A stretch of DNA of 64,000 nt from the human T2T-CHM13v2.0 reference genome, Homo sapiens. Made by a program: the position numbers and the translations under genes. The stretch lies in assembly GCF_009914755.1 (NCBI RefSeq), contig NC_060929.1; one strand, given 5' to 3'. The notes beneath the pieces are model-generated. The model searched no databases and was not told the DNA's origin. It worked only from the letters and a program-made list of their open reading frames with translations. Of this stretch, positions 56,385 to 64,000 are shown one piece after another; positions within the stretch are counted from its first letter, which is position 1, and each line of letters starts with the position of its first letter.

Positions 56385-57963
56385 GTAAGTTTTTTAAAAA
56401 CTTGTTTTCTCAAATATAATACACATATTCAGATTTACAAAGGAAAATGATATTTTTATAACCATACATTTTCACTTTAGTGTAAGGAAACCTATGTTCT
56501 GACTCCTTATAGGAAAGCTAAAAATTGCTTTTATATGTACTTTAGAATGCATATAATAATTAAATTTACATACCATGTGTCATAGTGTAAGTCACCTTGG
56601 TACATGAAAAATAAATTCTAATAAATATTAGAGTATTTGATTCCTCTAAAGCTCATTATTCTTTGACCCACTGGAGAAAGTGGAGATAAAGAAGATAGCA
56701 GTGCAGTTCAGCTAGAAGTAGATCAAATGTAGCAGACAGGAAGTCAGTATATTCAGAATGACCATCAGACTATCTTCGTCCATACTAAGCATCTTTTGAG
56801 TGGAATTATAGGGGGTGCGCTGTGGTAGGCAGTGTGTATAATTACATTTTATAAAACATTAACTTTTAATGATATTTTGGTCTTGAAGGATTGGGAGAAG
56901 TGCAAATAATTGGGTTACAGCAGTTAGAAAGACCTAGCTTGGGGACTGCTTGCACTAAAATAGGTACTTGAAGACAGGTGGGAACAACTAAATCTGTAAT
57001 CTATTTCCCTTTTTAATTAAAGATTCAATAATAGGGTAGGGGTTGCTTATTCCCTGGGAGGGGAGTAAAGGAGCAGAAATGAGCTGTTTTTTATCTTTGT
57101 GTTTTAGGTAGTAATTACCTTTAGTTTCAGTTGTCTTCGTTTCTCTTGTTCCAAGTAGCCTCAACAACAGAAGTTCACCTAATCTTCCAAGATACATTAT
57201 AAAATTGACTAAGATTCTCTGTTTAAAAAAACACAAAGCAAAGTAAAACAGGATGATGTGCTTAGTCAAAGAGGACTATACAGTATATATCACTGACACT
57301 TGCCTGCGGCTCTGCTGCCTCACAGTCCCTACTCACTATATCAGTTACATAAGTAAAATTTAAAAAGCATTATTTAGATGATCTGTTTTAGAAAACACAT
57401 TTATTTAGCTGTGAGATTTTTCAGTTCTTTCAACTCTTTCTTAAGGTAATGACATGGATAGATGGTATCTGTAATTTATTCTACTTAACATGTTGGAAGC
57501 AATTTCATTTATGAAATTCATATTTATGATCTCTAAGACTTTATTAAAGCTTTTTAAATTAGAACATTTCAAAATAGAATAAAGTTACTATAAATAGAAT
57601 TGAGTAACTTTGAGTCTTCATGACATCATCACTCAGCAACAATTATCAACATATGGCCACAGTCAGTCTTACTTTGTCTGTGTGCTGCTTTCCCCTCCCA
57701 CCCTTGCTGGTTATTTTAAATCGAATCCCAGATATTATCTAGTATTACCTGTAAATATTTGAGTGCGTGTCTTTAAGTGGTAGGGTTGTTTTGTTTTGTG
57801 TGTGTGTATTTTCTGAGATGGGGTCTGACTCTGTCACCCACGCTGGAGTGCAGTGGTGTGATCTTGACTCACTGCAGCCTCTGCCTTGTGGGCTCAAGTG
57901 ATCCTTCCACCTCAGCCTCCTAAGTAGCTGGGACCAGAGGCACATGCCACCACGCCCAGCTAA

Positions 57964-58140
<177 letters not shown>

Positions 58141-58571
58141 TAAAAAATACTGATAGCTTCTTAATATCATTTAAATATCTAGTCAGATTTTAGATTTCTC
58201 TGATTGTGTCATGAATTTTTCTAGTTTGTTTGAATCAGGATTCAACTTGCATCAGCTCCCTTTCCATCTGTTCCAAAGTTATTTCCTTGCTGTTATTTCT
58301 TGAGGTAACAGGTAATTTTCTGTACTTTTTCATGTTTTGAATTTGATTGCTTGTGTCGCCACATGCTTTTTGTTAACATGTTCTTTAGTCTTCACACTTC
58401 TCCTCCCATATTTCTTATAAGTTGGTAGTTAGATGTAGAGGTTTAGTCACTTTCAGGCTTTTTTGTGGGGGATAGGGCAGGGATGGCAAGAATACATTAT
58501 AAGTATTGTTCTGTATTGTATGACGTGCACACATGCAATGTGACACACAATGTCTGGTTGTCTCTTTTTCT

Positions 58572-62137
<3,566 letters not shown>

Positions 62138-62731
62138 TTTTTCTGTGGCTAAGATTGATGAGTGATCTATCAAATTTCCTCAGCAGCTTTTCTCTTATTT
62201 TAACAGCTGTTGATCATCATTTGCCTAGATCCATTATTTGATCAGGAGTTACACAATGATGGCATTCTAATTCTGTTATTCCTTTTGCATTTATTAGCTG
62301 AAATTCTTCTATAAAGAAGACATCTCCCTCCTTAGCTATTTGATAACATTAAAATATAATTCATATGGGAAAGGGAAGATAATATTTAAATTCTTTACCT
62401 TAGTCTATTACTTTTAAAGGTCTATTGTATATTTAAGCGTTTTGTATCATATTCACCCATTGTTATAAAATTAAGTATGAATTGAGTCTGTTTTGGTTTC
62501 TGTATTGAAAATAATAGAAAGTTCTTATTATCAGATATAATCTAACATAATCCTCATTATATGATGTGCCTCAAGAAGAGTTATGATAATGTAAAACTGA
62601 GTGAACATAGACTCCACACTAAGGTTCAAACTGCTAAATGATTATTAGTAAAGTTATAATTGGAGTGATTATATTCCAATATGAATTTGGGGAAAATACA
62701 TTTTAATTTTTATTTATTTATTTTTCTACAG

Positions 62732-62924
62732 CTTTTGGACTTCTTGGATCAGCATCCTTTTTCATTTACTCCTCTAATTCAGAGATCACTGGAATTTTCT
62801 GTAAGCTATGTTTTTACAGAAGTTGGTGAAGGCGTTACATTTGAACGATTCATTGTCCAATGTATGAATCTTATTAAGATGATTGTCAAAAATTATGCTT
62901 ATAAGCCATCCAAAAATTTTGAAG
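62732..62924 (+). CDS. IPO11: Importin-11 exon 10 (193 nt)
   Basis: tttctacag|CTTTTG...TTTGAAG|gtaatt; LLDFLDQHPFSFTPLIQRSLEFSVSYVFTEVGEGVTFERFIVQCMNLIKMIVKNYAYKPSKNFE. Confidence 0.96.
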
Positions 62925-63640
62925 GTAATTCCTTTATTGGCAGTTTAAAAGAATTATTTTAATCTTAAGTGTGATATAATTGCTATAATTACAAACTTTT
63001 TAAAAAATGTCATTTTAGTCTGAAAAATAAATTGTTGCTGGGACATGAAAAAGATATAAGGATTATAGGCTTTAGTATGTTTATACTAGCTTTTAAAAAC
63101 AACATAGTGCATTTAATAAGCCATTTTTTGTAGCACAAATTGGTTGAAGCTTAGGGACTTTAAGAATTAGGTACTATAGTCATCACTGCAGCTCATATTG
63201 TAGGGTGTATTCATTTGAACAAATAAAAGCTTTCTCTGACTTTATATAAAGTGTGATTGTTTCTAGACAGGTTAAATTGTTGTATTATTTGGAATTCATT
63301 CATATGCGTGTGTGCCAAGATGAATGAAGAAGTCTTGGTGGTGGGGGAGAGAGAAACACATGCACACACCCCCCACACCCTCTACATTATGAGGAAGTTA
63401 TTTCAGTATGCCGTGATGGTATTGCATGGTAATATATAAGCTGTAATGCCAGAGGCAAGATTGATGTGAGTGTGTTGTAAGGAAAGAGTATCTTTGAGAT
63501 TTGTTTATAATAAAAATGAAAATTTATACACAAGTGTATCTTCTTCCCTGAGAGTGTATTTTTTATTTATTTAAGTTACATAATCCAATGTAGCTACAAT
63601 GTTTGGCTATACAATTAACTTGGAAATTTCATTTTTCTAG

Positions 63641-63793
63641 ATAGCAGCCCTGAAACTCTTGAAGCCCATAAGATTAAGATGGCATTCTTCACATATCCTA
63701 CTTTGACAGAGATATGTAGAAGATTAGTCTCTCATTATTTCCTATTAACTGAAGAAGAACTGACAATGTGGGAAGAAGACCCAGAAGGCTTTA
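63641..63793 (+). CDS. IPO11: Importin-11 exon 11 (153 nt); gene continues beyond the window
   Basis: ttttctag|ATAGCA...GGCTTTA|gtaaga; (D)SSPETLEAHKIKMAFFTYPTLTEICRRLVSHYFLLTEEELTMWEEDPEGF, with the W-x-x-D-P-E motif of the IPO7/8/11/CSE1 clade. Confidence 0.96.
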
Positions 63794-64000
63794 GTAAGAA
63801 TTAATTTTTTAGTGTTAGAATGACTTTTCTCCCCTTTCTATAAATATCTGTTTGAGTGATAGGTATAATATTGTATTTTCATACAGCACTTTTGATCTGG
63901 AAATCTTGGTGTTTTAAAATTAACTTACTCTTTCGTTGTTATCCATTAGAACAAATTGAGAAGCAGAAAATGAATGACTTATGCAAATATGTTGTAGAAT

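Noticed and set aside
63641-63647. Alternative acceptors at +4 and +7 (ATAG, CAG); similar nearby AGs in exons 6 and 9
   Set aside because: They would shift the frame; the first AG after the pyrimidine tract gives the continuous IPO11 frame and nothing supports their use

Overview
Primate (human-like; young AluY and L1PA copies present) genomic DNA. The window covers the 5' part of IPO11 (importin-11, importin-beta family) on the + strand: about 16.9 kb of upstream intron, then ten coding exons (called exons 2-11 here, assuming a first exon upstream of the window) with GT-AG boundaries. They join into an open frame of 1174 nt (391 codons + 1 nt, MDLNSASTVV...WEEDPEGF) that continues beyond the window. 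No promoter or CpG island is visible. The rest is intronic: dozens of Alus, a 5'-truncated antisense L1PA, old L1M/L2/MIR fragments, two LTRs, several DNA-transposon fossils (Tigger3, MER1B, MER33, MER44A, MER47A, Tigger4a, Charlie1, piggyBac Looper-like), a U6 retropseudogene and microsatellites. Most ORF-track entries are Alu, L1 or microsatellite artefacts. I see no prokaryote-style novel system. The best leads are a candidate in-frame 9-nt microexon in intron 6 with a downstream ACUAAC motif, and an inverted-Alu-flanked exon 4-5 circle (277 nt) that would carry a 144-aa ORF crossing the back-splice junction twice. Repeat family names are from recalled consensus sequences and need RepeatMasker/Dfam confirmation; repeat boundaries are approximate.
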